From Dendrobates tinctorius (Eukaryota), in NCBI RefSeq assembly GCF_039654945.1, contig NW_027361737.1, positions 5,642,001-5,706,000 of the forward strand: a stretch of 64,000 bases of DNA, given 5' to 3'. Shown here piece by piece: positions 62,386 through 64,000 of this stretch. The number at the start of each line of letters is the position of its first letter. Positions within the stretch are counted from its first letter, which is position 1. Both the position numbers and the translations under genes were made by a program. The notes under the pieces are model-generated. The model saw only the letters and a program-made list of their open reading frames with translations, was not told the origin of the DNA and ran no database searches.

Positions 62386-63386
62386 TGTGGCACCCTGCAT
62401 CTTTATCGCCACAAAAGGGTTAAATATGTACTGTTTTGTATGTGTTTTGTGAGCAATTGGAGTTATGCTTTCTCTGCTACAGTCCACAACACACAAACAC
62501 AATTTGCCTCACTCCTTCACTTGTCTGAAGCTGAGAGCTTTGCAGACATACCCTAACTGGGAGGGGGAGGGGCCGTGTTGTTGTTCTCAGTGTGAAGAAG
62601 AAGAAGGGAAGATGTAGAACATCTTGGAGGCCATGATGACATGTGGCTCATCCAGGAGTGAGAGCTAAGAAGCAGGGAACCAACCCCTAGACCATCCATG
62701 CTTTCAGAGCAGGGTGATAAGCTGAGAGACTGCATGGGATTATACAACCAGCAGAAAAGTGTTTTCCCTCAGAAATACTGCAATAACCTAGGATCAGTGA
62801 AGGATAGTGCAAGTGGGTACTTGAACTGCTTCACAAAGGATTCAAACTGCAAGTTGCTGAAGGTGAAATACACAGTGAGTAGAGGCAATACTAGGAAGCC
62901 CTAAACTCCAGAAAGCCTTGGTCCCAGAAGGGATTAGAATAGCAGGAAGTTACACTGAGTCACAGCAGGGAACGATAACTCCCATTCTCCAGAGCAGACT
63001 GTAACCTGGTGAGAGTTGTAATATCTCCTCTGAACTGCACCTGAACTTCAGTAAATGATTAAGTGACTTTCCTTGTCTCCTGCCTTATTACTCCGTGCCT
63101 TCTACTTGCATCACAATCTCTGGGGGTCTGCCCTGGTTGGAGAGGGTTTTAACTTCTGCACTGCCATCACCATCTACTCCCCCAGGGATCTTCTGCAGTG
63201 CCGGCAATACTACAGTCAAACACTCCAACTGGCGTCACAAATCACTACATAAACTTTATCCCCATCCAATTCTACCCCTTTTACATGACCACCTGGTGCC
63301 ACGGACCGGGTCACCGCCACTGTGACATCTCCCATTGAAGTTAATGGGCTCGGTACAGAGTATCCCACGGCCACTCGGGCGCATCA
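62386..63386 (+). mobile_element. Solo LTR related to the 28368-32873 family, inserted into the end of a T2 MITE
   Basis: TGTGGC...CATCA termini; 4-bp TSD AACC at 62382-62385 and 63387-63390; shares ACGGACCGGGTCACCGCCAC with the reverse complement of that LTR. Confidence 0.8.
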
Positions 63387-63905
63387 AACCTGTCAGCACA
63401 ATTTTGCTAAGTAGCCTACAGGCAATGTCAGGTTGGTGCTGTAACCTGATTAAAATGATACACGGTGTGATTAAATCTGTCTTGTGGTTCTTGTGTAATC
63501 AGTGATAGAAGTTTTCAGTTAATGAGATGCCCGTGCTCTGGGGCGGGACTGTAGGCAGGGCCTTATCATCCTGCTCTAAGCCAGAGAAACCAAGGAAAGA
63601 CCTTCCAAAAGACCCACCCCGAAGCACAAACATGTTCCTCATCATAGAGACAGACTGTTTATGCTTTGGGGTGACCTGTGGGCAGGTCTTTCCTTGGTTT
63701 ATCTGGCTTAGAGCAGGAAGATAAGACTCTGCCTACAGTCACGCCCCGGAGCATGGGCATCTCATTAATTGAACACTTCTAACACTGATTACACAAGAAC
63801 CACCAGACAGATTTCTTCATCCCAGGTATCATTTTAATCAGTTTAACAGCAGCAACCTCTCAGTTTATGTACATTACTTAGCAAAATCCTGCTAACAGGT
63901 TCACT
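63387..63905. mobile_element. Palindromic Kolobok/T2-type MITE; its left end TTAA|AGTGAACC (62374-62385) is displaced by the solo LTR
   Basis: AACCTGTCAGCA / TGCTAACAGGTTCACT inverted ends; internal arms are reverse complementary. Confidence 0.7.
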
Positions 63906-64000
63906 ATAAACGGGAGACCTGAGGTGCTCTGCACGGGAGCGCACTTTTCGAGAGCAGATATGTCTTTTGTGCTATGCGGCTGCACAGATTAGACAGAAAA

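Noticed and set aside
61246-64000. Exon 4 of TM4SF4 copy B, or pseudogene status for copy B
   Set aside because: No DYL..W..C..WNLTL-like exon is visible, but intron 3 of copy A is 6.9 kb, so the absence most likely reflects the window edge.

Overview
Vertebrate genomic DNA, most likely anuran (inferred from its transposon families), and very repeat-dense. Two tandem, same-strand TM4SF4 (L6-family tetraspan) paralogues are present. Copy A is complete: 5 exons, 8173-34624, 211 aa, with a 9-aa insertion in the large extracellular loop. Copy B has exons 1-3 (47205-61245) and its remaining exons lie beyond the window. The two promoters share an HNF1-like element. Introns and intergenic DNA hold solo LTRs, CR1/L2/L1 fragments, Tc1, hAT, piggyBac-like, Harbinger-like and Kolobok/T2 MITEs, and Helitron ends. 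The standout is a young non-autonomous Gypsy-type LTR element (48169-53118; ~99% identical 692-bp LTRs, ATAT TSD, tRNA-Ala PBS, PPT) in intron 1 of copy B. It has no RT or integrase and instead carries a degenerate retropepsin, a coiled coil and an intronless FXR1 (fragile-X family) module with KH1 deleted. Also notable: a near-intact Penelope element with a U3-A8 variant hammerhead ribozyme, an intact DD36E (Incomer) Tc1 nested inside it, and a second non-autonomous LTR element with an orphan ORF. All homologies were recognised by eye from recalled sequences; no database searches were run.
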